A stretch of 62,451 nt of DNA, filler included, from Hausera hauseri (lineage: Eukaryota): assembly GCA_046269625.1 (NCBI GenBank). It is 13 parts of 13 records of this genome, joined end to end, with 100 filler letters (N's around TTAATTAATTAA, not from the genome) between each part and the next. Parts side by side here need not be neighbours in the genome. Positions count along the whole stretch, not along the records: positions 35,455 to 40,089 come from JBJURY010494908.1; positions 40,190 to 45,022 come from JBJURY010420808.1; positions 45,123 to 49,749 come from JBJURY010497908.1; positions 49,850 to 53,833 come from JBJURY010840524.1; 9 more parts are not named here. One strand, written 5' to 3'. A program made the position numbers and the translations under genes. Positions 38,901 through 51,911 of this stretch are shown piece by piece. The notes beneath the pieces were generated by a model, which was not told the DNA's origin, made no database searches, and saw only the letters and a program-made list of their open reading frames with translations. Position 1 is the stretch's first letter. Each line of letters starts with the position of its first letter.

Positions 38901-39989
38901 ACTACCCGCATCGGGGAGAATCTGTGCACATACATAAACAATCTCTTGATAGTTGCCAGAGTCCATCCGCTCTTCTTACTCCGGCTCTTATCGGCTTCAG
39001 TAATCACATTCGCATGTTATTCATGCAGCCATTCTACTATACTGGTGGCTTCAAAAATTGGCCTATTTCTGGTCTTGAGGGACCTTTTAAACTCTTTGCC
39101 ATCAACATTAACGTATGTGGCCTCAAGTTTCATATTAACCTTAAGGGCCTTGGGCTTAGCTATGTTGTCTTGCATAATCCCTATTGTTGATTCCTCTGTG
39201 TACTCTAGAAACTCCTTGATGGTTGTTTGACCAGCTGCATTAATGACATAATTGTGGACTTTTCTCTTTAATGCTGCAGCATTAACTGGCCTTTGTCTTT
39301 GGCTTTTTGATGGAGCCGCTACGCCTGGTGCACCTGATGGGCCTGATGGGTCTGATGGGTCTGATGCACTTGATAGGTCTGATGCGCGTTTTAGTCTTGC
39401 ATCTGGATGTACTGCTGCATCTGGCTGTGGTACTGCAGGCTGTGCTGCTGCAACTGGCTTATGTTCATTAAAGATGATCTTTGACTTTGATGTGAAGTCA
39501 GTCAATTAATGTTTTTGATCTTCCTAAAACTGAATGTATTCGCCATCACATACAGTCTCACATCCTGGGCAAATATAATAAAGGATCCTATTGAATTTGT
39601 GGACATAATAGCTCCTCATGATATTGTGGCAATTCTCAGGGTTATGTATTGTATATGTGCAATACACATATGAACTTCACTTTTGATTTTCCTTTGACAC
39701 AAAAAACGTCATTGGCATATTGGTACTGAATATTTGTTTTTTAGATTTGTCGAAGGAAATCAAGTGCTGTTTATGAACATTGCAAAATTCTTCATATTTG
39801 GTTTGGCACACTACCTCACATGTAGGGCATATATAATAATGAACCTTGTTGTATAGAACGCCAAAGTACTTTTTCATAATACTATGGCAATTTTCAGGCT
39901 CATGGATTTGAGCCAAGCATTCTCTGTAAAGTTTGCACATCTAAAAATCAACAAATTATTTGAGGAGCACAATTTAAAAAACTTACCAT
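35978..39989 (-). pseudogene. polB: Protein-primed PolB, copy 2 (near full length)
   Basis: Same motifs as copy 1, plus YMDTDS and KKVLGKFKDE; duplicated N-terminal Cys/His domain. Confidence 0.93.
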
Positions 39990-40446
39990 TCGTTGAAATG
40001 ATTTTGGAAATAATGAAAAATATAATCATATCACCATGTACTGCCCCTCATATTGATCGGTTTTAATGCACTTTTGTTTTAATGCATTANNNNNNNNNNN
40101 NNNNNNNNNNNNNNNNNNNNNNNNNNNNNNNNNTTAATTAATTAANNNNNNNNNNNNNNNNNNNNNNNNNNNNNNNNNNNNNNNNNNNNACAAGTTTTCA
40201 ACATTTTGAAATAATGAAAGACTAATGCAAGTAAATGTCGCACTGTATTGATTTTTATTCAAATTTTAAATTTATTGATTTTATTGGTCTTATTTGGTCT
40301 TCACCTATATAATAATTACTTAGTTTTACTTGGCCTTATCCGACCTCCCACATTACTTGATTAAATAAGACAACACAATATTTTCTATAAAAGATTTATT
40401 GTATCAAAAAATAACAACAACAACAACAACAACAGTATATACATAT

Positions 40447-43400
40447 TTACAATCCTACATGCCCATGAGGTAATGTGTGTACTCCGTCTCTGAGGATCTG
40501 CCTCTTATCATCGATCCAATCCATGCTCTTTTTGTGCAGTTCGACTTTTTCGATCGAATGATCCCTGGATTGAATCCACCGCATTTTAGGTATTATATGA
40601 GTCTGCTCCTGCAGAACTGTCACACAATCCTCAAAACTGATCCTTTTGGCCAATGTTGTTCTCTGCACGCCCTTTGCCCTTTTTTGATTTGTCTACATAC
40701 GTTGAGAATGTACATTTTTGATCTTAGAGCCACAAAACGGGTGATTATCTTACCATTCACCTCGTCCTTGAATTTCCCAAGGACCTTCTTATTCATATTT
40801 GAGTAATTTGGATGATCCTTCGGATAATCCGAGGTATATATGTGATGAGACAATTGCGAAAAATTCACATGCACGTCCTCCGTATTGATCTGATAGATAA
40901 AACTGTCAGTGTCCATATACACTAGCTGTACGGACTGTTGGAATGTTGGTACCATTATCTCATGATGGAAGTCGTACATTAGGGATTTTGATAGGTCCAG
41001 TATTGCCATACCCACATATGTGGGTTTGTAGAATACTAGTGGTGATTTTAGCGTATGGATCCCTACCAAATTCTCAGAATATATGGTGAGGTGAAGGTTA
41101 GGCTTGGCTATATGCTTCTTTGCACGCTTCCATTCACATACTAGCTCGATGTTAATCCTGTTGCGAATATTCTCCATCGTCTTGCCAAAAACGCTGTCAT
41201 TATACAGCTTAAATTGATCTTTCTCGAAATCGTTTTTGGCATTTGTCTGCAACTTAGTATTTAGATCAATGTAGGACTGCAGCCACATGGACTGGCTGAA
41301 CTGGAGGGCTCTGTGGATCTTGGTAATGCGGAGTCCATGTTTAACTGCCTGATGGAGATTTATGTAGTGGACTACATACCTCTCCATATTACCCAAATGA
41401 CAGAGCAGCTTTCGCTGCTTTCCACTGGGCGGTGGTCTGATTTCAAGGAGAAAAGGCAGTTGTTCATGCCTTGTGTGGATGAAAGTAGAATATTCCATAT
41501 CCACTTCCAGTATGTATCCCGTATCTCCAGCCGGGTCCAGGTCCATGATAGGGATGTCTTCAGGATCCTCAACCCACTTGAAATTATCATATGGAAATGG
41601 GGCGCTCATTTCCCATCCATACAAGTTGTTAGCATCCAGGTAAGAAATATATGATGACTCATTTGTTGAGTCATATTCGGCCATATACTTGTTGTTGGCC
41701 TCACTATACCGGTGAATGGCTTGGCATATTCCTCCTCTAATGCCTATTTCGATCATAAGGATCATGTCGTAATCCTTAATGATTTGCAGCCTGATACTAG
41801 TATAGCGTAGCATTGCTGCCCAGCTCATCCCTAGAGCTGTGAAGAAATGAGCCGGATCCAAAGTATGGTTCTTCATTGTAACATGCCTGAAACTTTCAGA
41901 GCCATCTGTAAGAAGCAGCACATGTTTGGAGATATATATCACTATATTCCCCTATTGTTCTGCATTGGAATGCCTGCCAGACGTTCTGAACATGCTGGTA
42001 GTCAGCATCATTGATATCACAGTCCGACAACTGGCTGTAAAAACCATCCTTTGGAGGTAATGATGACTCATCCAGTGTTTCCCATGATGTTATATAATCA
42101 TAGGGAAACACTCCTTTCCTCTTAACCATGTCAAAGGTATACGGAAAGAATCGCTTCGTTTCCTTGAGTTCTTCGTCAGGCAGATTCTTCACTAAACTAT
42201 CGAGTGAAGACGACATGAATCGGAAACTATCGATGAAACAAAATCGGATTTTACCAACGTGCTTTGTGAAAGTGATATATTTCTCCTCACTGTTGGGGAT
42301 CACATCTATATTGCCATCAATGGTGCCTAATTCTCGGGCTATAAAGTGGCTGTCATAGCTGATGAGATTATGAAACATTACATGCACATATGTACATGTT
42401 TTGCAGCGAAGATTGCAGTTGTTACATGCTGCGCCCCGATATGAACCTGTAAAATGACAGTGATCCTTAACTTTCCAATTTTCCTTGGTGAAGGACTTGT
42501 CGCACAAGTAGCATGATGCTGCCTTACGGCATTCTTTTTCTGGCATTCAAGACATGCTCATGTCGTCCTTATGTTGTTGCAGCATTTCTACAAGCTTGTG
42601 ATCAATGTCTTCAAGTCTATTCATGAAATGTGCAGCTGCGCCTGGACCCCTGAATAGATATGGTTCATTGTCAATCCTTTGGCATACATACAATACGATG
42701 ATAATTCGTGATATTGGTATGCCGTTGTACTGCTGTGTTGAGGATTGGGACTCCATGTATGAACTGGACTGAGAATGGCCTCAGTCGCAATAGATGACAA
42801 TTGGGATCTTGATCTTATTCTCGAATTCCTTAAATTCGATATAATCCTCTTCAGGAAATTCTGACCTTATACAATAATTGTTGTTACAGTACATCTTGTG
42901 CTCCTTCAACTTCGCCACAGCTAACTTACCGCTGAAATGCGATAAGCATCTTTTACATATTTCGATTCCGTGTTCATTCTTTGTTATTTGGGATCTGACT
43001 AGACGCTCAAAATTCTTTATCCAAACATGATGTTTCTTATCACCATCATCTAGTAGGAACAGATCCCTATGATCTTCAAAATTCATCATCACATATTTGT
43101 AAGGGGTAGAATTTGTCCTCCCCATCCAATCCAAAGATATTGATGGATGTTGTTGATGCGGCTGAACTTCTTGATTTCATCTATGGATAGATGGAATGTG
43201 ATACACTGAAACTCGTAGTTGTGCTGCACATCCTTATATAGCCAAATCCGATCTGCTGCATGCCTTTGATCCGTTACGAGTTTTGATAGATGGCATACAT
43301 GAAGCACATGTTGTCATTATTCTGAACATTGACACATACTCTTTTATTAGCGATCCATTCCGGAAGCTGTATATATGAACTGCCTCGCATGGGGAAGTAT

Positions 43401-44445
43401 CTGTGTACATATATAAGCAGTCTCTTGATGGTTGCCAGAGCCAATCTACTCTTCTTATCCAGGCTATCATCGGCTTCACGGATCAGCTTCGTATGCTCTT
43501 CATGCAGCCATTCAGCTATATTTGTATTTTCCAATATGGGCTTATTTTTGGTCTTGAAGGCCCTATTTGATTTTTCAGCATCGACATTGACGTATGTAGC
43601 CTCAAGTTTCATATTAACTTTAAGGGCCTTGAGCTCAGTCGTATTGTCCTGGAGAATCCCCTCTGTTTCTTCCTTTGCCTATTCTAGGAACTCCTTGATA
43701 GTTGTTTGTCCAGCTGCATTAATGATGTATTTTCGGACTTTTTTCTTTAATGCAGCAGCATCAACTGGACGCTGTTTTTGGCTTTTTGGCGGAGAAAATA
43801 CGCCTGTTGAGCCTGGGGCATCTGATGGACCTGATGGGCGTTTTAATCCTAAATCTCGACGTACTGCAGGCTGTACTGCTGTATCTGGCTGTACGGCGGA
43901 TTGTGCAACTGGCCTATGCTCATTAAATATGATCTTCTTGGACTTTGATGCGAATTCAGTCAAATGATGCTTGTGATCTTCATGGAACTGTATGTATTCT
44001 CCATCACATACAGTCTCACATCCTGGGCAAATATAATATAGGATCTTATTGAATTTTTGGCCATAATAGCTCCTCATGGTATTGTGGCAATTCTCAGGCT
44101 TATGTATTGTACATGTGCAATACACATATGAACTGAACCTTTAATTTTCCTTTGACACAAAGAATGTTATTGGCATATTGTTATTGAATATTTGTTTTTT
44201 CGACTTGGCGAAGGAAATAAAGTGCTGTTTATAGACATTGTAAAATTCCTCGTACCCTGTCCTGCACACTATCTCACATGTAGGACATATATAATACTAA
44301 ATCCTGTTGAACATATGCACAGAGTATTTCATCATAATACTATGGCAATTTTCCAGCTTATGGATTGGAGCCAAGCACTCTCTGTAAAGTTTGAACATTT
44401 AAACAAAGCAATTATTTGATGAGCACAAATAAGAAAACTTCCCAT
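40447..44445 (-). pseudogene. polB: Protein-primed PolB, copy 3 (near full length)
   Basis: 440-aa open segment with YLDANNLYG, KLYNDSVFGKTMEN, YMDTDS; exonuclease and endonuclease VII-like segment at 41896-42546. Confidence 0.95.
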
Positions 44446-45122
44446 TCGCGGAAGTAAATTTGGANNNNNNNNNNATTGATGCAATAAAACAAAACACATG
44501 TACGGAAATAATTTTGATGCAGTAAAATAAAACACATGTAAAGAAGTAATTTTATTGGTGGGGTAAATTTGGCACTGCATATTGTTGCCAATATGTTGTC
44601 AACATAATGTACATTTGTTTTAAGGCATCAATTGCATAAACTTGTCACATAATTATGCCATCGTATTGCTTGTCAATATCATGCGTTTGTCTTAATGCAT
44701 CAAATGATTTAAATATGCGGCGGCGCCATATTCGAATAGGTTTTCATATATGCGGAATCGATTATAGCCATCAGATTCTTCGAATAATTCATGCTTGACC
44801 GAATATTCGAGTTTGAATCGATAATTCTTAGAGTTCGAATAATATATTCGATCATCTAATATCATATTCCCATTCGGCATATATGCTTTTTTATCTAGCC
44901 CCGCTATTAGATTTATCCATTTCCGCTTTATAGTGCTTTAAATGCACATTGTGCTTAATTAGAAATATTGATTTTATGCCCATATGGTACATTTTTATGG
45001 AATAATTTTTATGTACAAAGGGNNNNNNNNNNNNNNNNNNNNNNNNNNNNNNNNNNNNNNNNNNNNTTAATTAATTAANNNNNNNNNNNNNNNNNNNNNN
45101 NNNNNNNNNNNNNNNNNNNNNN

Positions 45123-48100
45123 CTGAAGATCTTGCAAATTACGTTTCTCTTCATTCAATGCTATTTCTGCGACATTCTTGATATTACTCACAGGATCGCT
45201 ATCATTGTATTTTGTGACTAGTAAATATACAGATTGTCTCACAGAACAGTCTTTGAAGGCACACGGTACACAATCCATCAAGCTGCTAAATAGACTGAGT
45301 ACACCTTGACACTTGTTGACAAAAAACTCCACATATGCGATTACCAACACAATGCTTTTTACAAATCTTGCCTCCACGATAGCTCTGTCAAGGCTAATCA
45401 TTGCAGCCAATTCGCCAACATTTCTAGAACTGCCTCCAAACCCAGGAAAATCACACAATCGTAACTTTTCATAATCGTTTCCAATAGGCCGGTACACGTG
45501 ACCATAAGCTGTATCTGAACTAACGAATGAATGACCAATTGTCGCGTATTCCCCCTCAGACAAATCGCTCCTTTTGAGGCGCATATGCTTCCTTCCAGCT
45601 TCCTCATATGACTCCAACGCATGCCCAATTAAGTAATTAACGACAACACTCTTTCCAGCACCAGTAGACCCAAGGAATAATACAATGTCCTTTTCTTTGA
45701 CACTTTCAACGTGTTTGAACGCATTCTCCAACACAGCCATCCACTTGAACACGGTAAGTTTCTTGTGCTTGTCAACACTTCGTGAATAAGCCGCCTCAAC
45801 AACTTGCTCAAACAGTATATCAAAGATAGTCTTGGTCATATTCATCTCCTTATACAACAGAACGATTCTCTCAATATCAGCTTTCAGCCCCTCGGGAATA
45901 TTTGTAAGAGAAACAGACTTCAGCCTCCTCCTCCGTAAATCATCTAGAAGTACATCCAAACATCCACTATTCTCCCCAGAACATAGAAATGAAAAGACAC
46001 ACTGTTTAAGTTTTCGAATATCTTCCAACCGCCCTTGTTCCCTCGACCTTTCTGAATCCTGTTTGCTTATCCGTATCTGATCCCCAATCTTCCCATAACG
46101 TGTTTCATCCCACTCAATATTCGTAAACTCATCGCAAGTGAAGCACGGCATCAGATCAAACCCTGAAATACAGACATCTTGTTTTTCTGAGTCTCTCACA
46201 AGAATGATTTCTCTGTGACCTTTGTTGTTGGTAGTAATGAGGAAAGTATAAGAGGGTTTGCATTCGCTTGTGTTAGCAAGTGTTAATTGCTGACAGCTGC
46301 GTAAGTCCTGACAATTTATGAACAAATTGGATTTGATGTTTTCCTCATGGTTGACTTCATTACAGATATCAAGTTTGGCTGTATACTTTCCAGGGGGAAC
46401 TATATAATCAGTAACGACGCCATTAAGGTCACAGTAGAGCTCTATTTCGAACGATGAGCCAACCTTCGCTTTCTTTAGTATGGTTGTTAATAAAGACTTT
46501 CTCTTGAATGAAATAGAAACGCTTAGCACATTGTTACTATCATGAACAACTCTAAAAATATTGCCCCCTCGGAGTGAAAAAACCTCAACACTCCTTCCGT
46601 CACATTCGTTAAATTCACACTCTTCTACCCTGTCGAAGACCGTGTGATTGCCGTTAGGATCAATAAACTGAAACACGCTTCCTACGACATGTTTCTTTTC
46701 TTTCTTCATAAAGGATACAAAAAGTGCACCATCATTACATTCTTTGTATATTGCACGAATGAGGGAGTATAAATCAAAGGTATTGTCTTTTTCTGCAATT
46801 TTCCGATTCAGGCCATCACGCAATTCAACTTCTGATCCATTAAAACTGTTTTTCAATATGGCAAAAATTCCGCTTCGATCAGCTGAGAAATCGTCAGGAG
46901 AATCATTCACAACAGCATTCAAGATATCGTCTCTTGAAACATGCTTGATATCAATAGCCTCAGAGGCTTGACAGAGCAAATCTATCAACTTCTGAGCAGC
47001 CTCATTGGGTAGAATCCGCCTCTGTTTGGATGGGTGCAGGGTTATTACGCTCTGCAAGTTCAATTCATCACTTTCAACTCGTACAGTTGTATCGGCTTCA
47101 TCGTCTTCAGCATCTTTCCTCGACTGAACAACTTCGACAGCGGTTGGTTGCAAACCTTCCTCGCTGCTTCCAGTAAGCATACGAGGAGTCACAGAAACAT
47201 CATTTCCACCATCAACATTATAAAAATCATTGAGCGCACCTTCAATGGAACGTTGACCAACACTATCTAGTACACAACGAATATCATTGTCGACCATATT
47301 CAGGATGCGCTTCCAATTGGCATCAAAGTAGCTAGCAAATCCATTCAAAAGGCCCAAAAGATATTCGCTCCCTGCTGCTCCTGTCAGACCCAACCCCTCA
47401 GTCCCAAGAGCAGCAAATCGCCGAAGAAGTTCAACACTGTCACGCTTGGAGCTGATAATGACTGCAAGATATAATTTCGCTTTCAGCAGATTAGTCAGCT
47501 CAGCCTCATCCTCAGCATGCATCTGGCTAAAACACTTCATGAGTTCATCATTGTTCCGAATGTCCCTCTCACATTGTTTCATATAAAACGCATACCAATC
47601 AATATGTTCGTTGTACTCCTCCAATGCACGTTCCACATTAGTATCATTCTTCGTATATCGTGAAGCAATGGCTTCTCTTTCGCCCTCTTCTAATGCTTTT
47701 TTTTTTGCATCGATAATTTCCTTCAGGAGCTTGCACTGCTTGCGTAGTCGTGAGAGTTCGGTATCTCTCTCAGCAATCTCCTTTTTAAGGGATCTTTCCT
47801 TTCCATTGATATTTACAAGTATAGCCTCGTTCACATTGGTTCTAATGTGCCCACCGCCAATAAACCGCTCCACTGATTCGAGTAAAAGAGGGAAACCTTT
47901 CGCCCCAATCACACTTTCATCAGCAATGGAATCGGTGACGAAGTTCCTGGCAGCCATCTTACGCCAGCGAATCATGCTCTTGTCTGCTTCATTCTCATCT
48001 ACAGAAAGCATCGATTGAAACACATTAATGCACACGAGTTTCTCATTGTATGTCGTGTCATTTTCCTCCAAGCACTTCACTGCAAATTCCCTAGATGCAT

Positions 48101-48644
48101 GTAGCTGCACCAATTCGTCAATATCCTTCCGATAAAGCATATTGCCTTCTTTTATTCGGTCACGAATATCTTCACGGGTTGAATCATTAGTCAATAATTC
48201 CTTCATACTGTGCAAATCTCTGTCACTCTTCAGACACTCAAGTTTTTGCACTTTAGCTTTAAGCTTAAACATAGCTTCGCTGGCATTCGCTTGCAACTGC
48301 ATAACTGATACATTTTTTTCTTCAAAGGCAGTAACTGTTGCCTTCAACGACTTAATTCTCTCTTCCAACCCCCTGATCTTGGCAGGAATCTCCTCTTCAT
48401 ATTTTCTCAGCAAATGTCTCTCCCATGTGTCAATATGCATCGAGATATACTTAGAAAGGTCCATTTTTGCAGTATTTGTATTAAATGTGGGCAAAAATTG
48501 CTTCTGAACAATCCCTGGTGATTGAAGCAACTTCCTTAAGATCTCATGTCTTTTCCGCTTATTCTGCAGATCAATGCTGAGAATTCTCTCTCCCACAGCA
48601 ATATCAAGGAGAAAATTCCAAATTTCAATCCTATCGTATGTCAT
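45123..48644 (-). CDS. Large coiled-coil protein with a C-terminal TRAFAC P-loop GTPase domain, 3' truncated
   Basis: Uninterrupted frame of more than 1170 aa; G1 LFLGSTGAGKS, G2-like SSDT, G3 LCDFPGF, G4-like VTKY. Confidence 0.85.
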
Positions 48645-48826
48645 CTAAAAGATCCCTAAATCGTCAGAGCATTCATTCCATTCAGGACGAAGAACAGACG
48701 TTATGTCCTGCTGCAGCTGAAGGCATTAGTTTTGTGTTCATTAAAATCATCATCTACTGATTAGCGTTGATCAATATCTAGTGATTAACGTTTATCTATA
48801 TCTATTGATTAACTGAGCCGTTCTGG

Positions 48827-49600
48827 TCAGATGTGTTCTTGATCCCCTTGACATTTGCTATGGGAGAGCTCCGTGATGGATGTTTGCGATGTTTTAGTAG
48901 CATTTGTCGTTTTACAGGGTAAGATACTCAGGAACGTTGCTTTGAAACTTCTGCTCATGAGCACATAGATGAAAAAGTTAACGGAGGCGTTGACGCAGTA
49001 GATGAGCTTGTAAATATGGTAAATAAACACTCCCACAGACCGGAAGTTCGGTTCCTCGGTATAAACAGGAAATGACATGAAACCGGATATAAACACCGGC
49101 AGGCCGATCGGGGCACAAGCGATGGTGTAGAAACTACACAAACACAGTAACATTTTAGTGGTACGGGTCGTCCCGGCGCCGTTCTTTGATGTATGCTTTC
49201 CCGGAGCACTATTGGTCATCTTCATGCGCTTGGTAGCTGCTAACTTAATTTTGATGCCAATCGCTACAGATCCACAGAACACAAAAATAACTAGAATCAT
49301 TAAACAGTTAACAAAAATTTCAATGATTTTATTCGCTCCTCGCTGTGTCCAATACTGGGCTGTCCTGGCGGCGTATCCGACTGTGACGTTACGGGAACTG
49401 TCCCAGAAGTACACAAACTCGAACCACGTACGGACGTATACCTGCACGCCGTAAGAAAAAACGTTCGATGCAATGATGACAACTGTTGTTCGTCGAGGAG
49501 TCACAATGGATGTAAACCGTAGGGGCAAGAACACGGCCACTAGCCTCTCTATGGTTATTAAAACTGGAATAAACAGTTGTACAATGACGAATCTAGTCTT
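48827..49600 (-). CDS. Rhodopsin-family peptide GPCR, TM3-TM7 portion (FMRFamide-receptor-like)
   Basis: ITIERLVAVFLP (DRY equivalent), TKMLLCLCSFYTIACAP (TM6), NASVNFFIYVLMSRSFK (TM7 and helix 8); in-frame stop upstream, so an exon or a truncated copy. Confidence 0.85.
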   Translation of the reverse strand, partial: KTRFVIVQLFIPVLITIERLVAVFLPLRFTSIVTPRRTTVVIIASNVFSYGVQVYVRTWFEFVYFWDSSRNVTVGYAARTAQYWTQRGANKIIEIFVNCLMILVIFVFCGSVAIGIKIKLAATKRMKMTNSAPGKHTSKNGAGTTRTTKMLLCLCSFYTIACAPIGLPVFISGFMSFPVYTEEPNFRSVGVFIYHIYKLIYCVNASVNFFIYVLMSRSFKATFLSILPCKTTNATKTSQTSITELSHSKCQGDQEHI

Positions 49601-50779
49601 CAGTCATCTTCTTATAAACACCATCAACAATCGAACAATGGGCACGTGACTGGAACGAAGTGAACCAAAAACTGCTTAGTGACATCGTACAAAACAAATG
49701 TTTCCAACAAAATCCTAAATTTAAATCCTCCCAATTTTTTAAACCGTTTNNNNNNNNNNNNNNNNNNNNNNNNNNNNNNNNNNNNNNNNNNNNTTAATTA
49801 ATTAANNNNNNNNNNNNNNNNNNNNNNNNNNNNNNNNNNNNNNNNNNNNTTATTGTGGCTTACATTACAGACATTATTGTGAACGTATTCCGATTTTTTG
49901 AATGAGCAGACATACTGTTTTTGTGGGTTTGAAATATACAACTTGTTATATTTCTATTACTGTTGTTATATCATTTCATTATCTCTGTTACACATTTGGT
50001 GGTGGTACTCATTAGTTTGTAGGCAGACTGTCACCACCTTGTGAGTACTAGTAGTAGTACTCAATTATGAGCTCGTCGTTGTCGTCGTACAAAATAAAAT
50101 TTACACGAATTTTTACAAAACGAACGCATTTTCAACAATGATGATTTTGACTTTTTAGCAATGTGTTTTTTCGTTCGTTTGTTCGTTCGTTCGGTTGGTC
50201 TGATCCATTGGTCTGATCGTGAGGCGGCTATAATATAAAATGCTCAACTACTGATGGGCTACGGGCTCAACCCATTTCCACAACCAGCAGACTTGAACAA
50301 TGGGAAATGTTTAATGGGAATATGTTTAAAAACTCAATGGGAAAATATTAAATTTTTAAACATATATAGATCGCTTGTTTAATGCACACACACTCAATAA
50401 ATTTTTGTAAATCCATGAAATTGTATACGTTGGATTTTTGTTGACCTAGTTACAGTTATTTAAACAAATCGCATGCGCTTTTTTCATGGCACCCTGTATA
50501 TTGAGTACTTTACAAAATCTCTCATATTTCGATCAAAGTGCTATTTTCCTTTATCGTCGTAAATGTGCTGATATTGTTGAGTCGACGTAAAATAGTTCCC
50601 ATTTATAGAATGTGTACTTGATAATAATGCAAAATAATCTTATTTATATTAGACACACATCCATCATCCGCCAGCCGACCTGATTCTCTACCTCTTGGGC
50701 AAATCAGTCGAATCAACAGGAAGCCCCTTATTCAGGGTCAGAGGCAGTACGGACAACCCAAGTGCAGTGGGAATATTAA

Positions 50780-50990
50780 TGAGTCAGTTCAATCGCTGGA
50801 CAAGTATTTGAAGAATTACGATTCCGACATGAAAAGTTGTGCATCCAGTGCGGAAAGGTCTAAAAAAGCCGGGGAAATTTTGGACTCTTGTATAGAAATG
50901 CTGATGATACTTGGAGCAGAGTAAATCGACTATTTTTCTTATGATGGAGCACATGTAGCGATTGATGAGCAGATTCAGATTTTCAATTTT
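50780..50990 (+). mobile_element. piggyBac transposase relic
   Basis: GAHVAIDEQI resembles the piggyBac TIDEQL catalytic-Asp motif; heavily degenerate. Confidence 0.4.
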
Positions 50991-51210
50991 ATTTCTTTTT
51001 TACAACTTTGCTTTCCTTGAATAATTGCACCATTATTCTGTGGAAAATATTGCCAATTTTTGTCTTTTGTGTACTTGTTCATATAACATTTTATTTCGAT
51101 TTTCCTTTTTATAATTTCATCGTCCGGTAACCTGTATATTGCATACCGGTAAAATGGTCATATGGCATTACGCAGAAATTACAGACTTCAAAATATGATT
51201 CAGTACTCAC

Positions 51211-51911
51211 CAAATCCTGGTATCGCAATATTGAGCAGCATACAAATCACCGCCACCGGCAGAGGCAAATAAGGAATTTTCGATTCGAAATACGTTTTGT
51301 TGGTTTTCGAATCTGCCTCGATGATGATTTCCTCCGTGAAATTCGGCAGATTGGCATTGGCAGCAACAGAAATGGATCCATACCTTTCATCACTGTCATT
51401 GGACACCCTGCTCAAGTTGGACAGGACAGATTGTCGTCTGGATGCTGCACTGTCAATCTACAATAAATTTCATAGAGTTTATGACAAATGTTCAAAGATT
51501 AAACTTCTGAATTAAGATTCATTGAATGAATAATGGACAAATGTCAACTACTATTGCTGCTGCAGCTGCATCTCTGCTCATTTCCCTTATTGTTATGTTC
51601 ATTAAATTTTACAGACTTTCTGTTATGAGGCTGATGCACTTATTTACATTCTGTGTGTGTTGTGTAATAGTACGCATCACAATACATACATACATACATA
51701 CACACATGTATGTTTCTACAGAAGATTATCTCCCATCTTTAATATTTCACTCAATGGACATTACAAACTGATAATTCCCCAAAATATACATACTTACAAC
51801 ATCAGCAATACTTACCGATGCCCTCGGTTGATCATCGGCAGTTTTCGATGGTGCCAGAAATTCTGTTGACAATCCTGATCGAACGTTCATCATTTCATCG
51901 GTACTGTCCAT
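51211..51911 (-). CDS. stum: Spliced host gene, stum/SPEC3-like membrane protein (exons 51911-51816 and 51457-51211; later exons not identified)
   Basis: Canonical GT-AG phase-0 intron joins MDSTDEMM..PRAS to IDSAAS..IPYLPLPVAVICMLLNIAIPGFG|gtgagt. Confidence 0.75.

Noticed and set aside
24613-44445. Alternative genetic code or programmed frameshifting to explain the broken pPolB frames
   Set aside because: All three stop types occur, at different positions in each copy, together with random indels; this fits neutral decay.
44692-44880. 62-aa ORF upstream of pPolB copy 3 as an element gene
   Set aside because: Short, no motif, separated by a scaffold gap, and not testable in the other copies.
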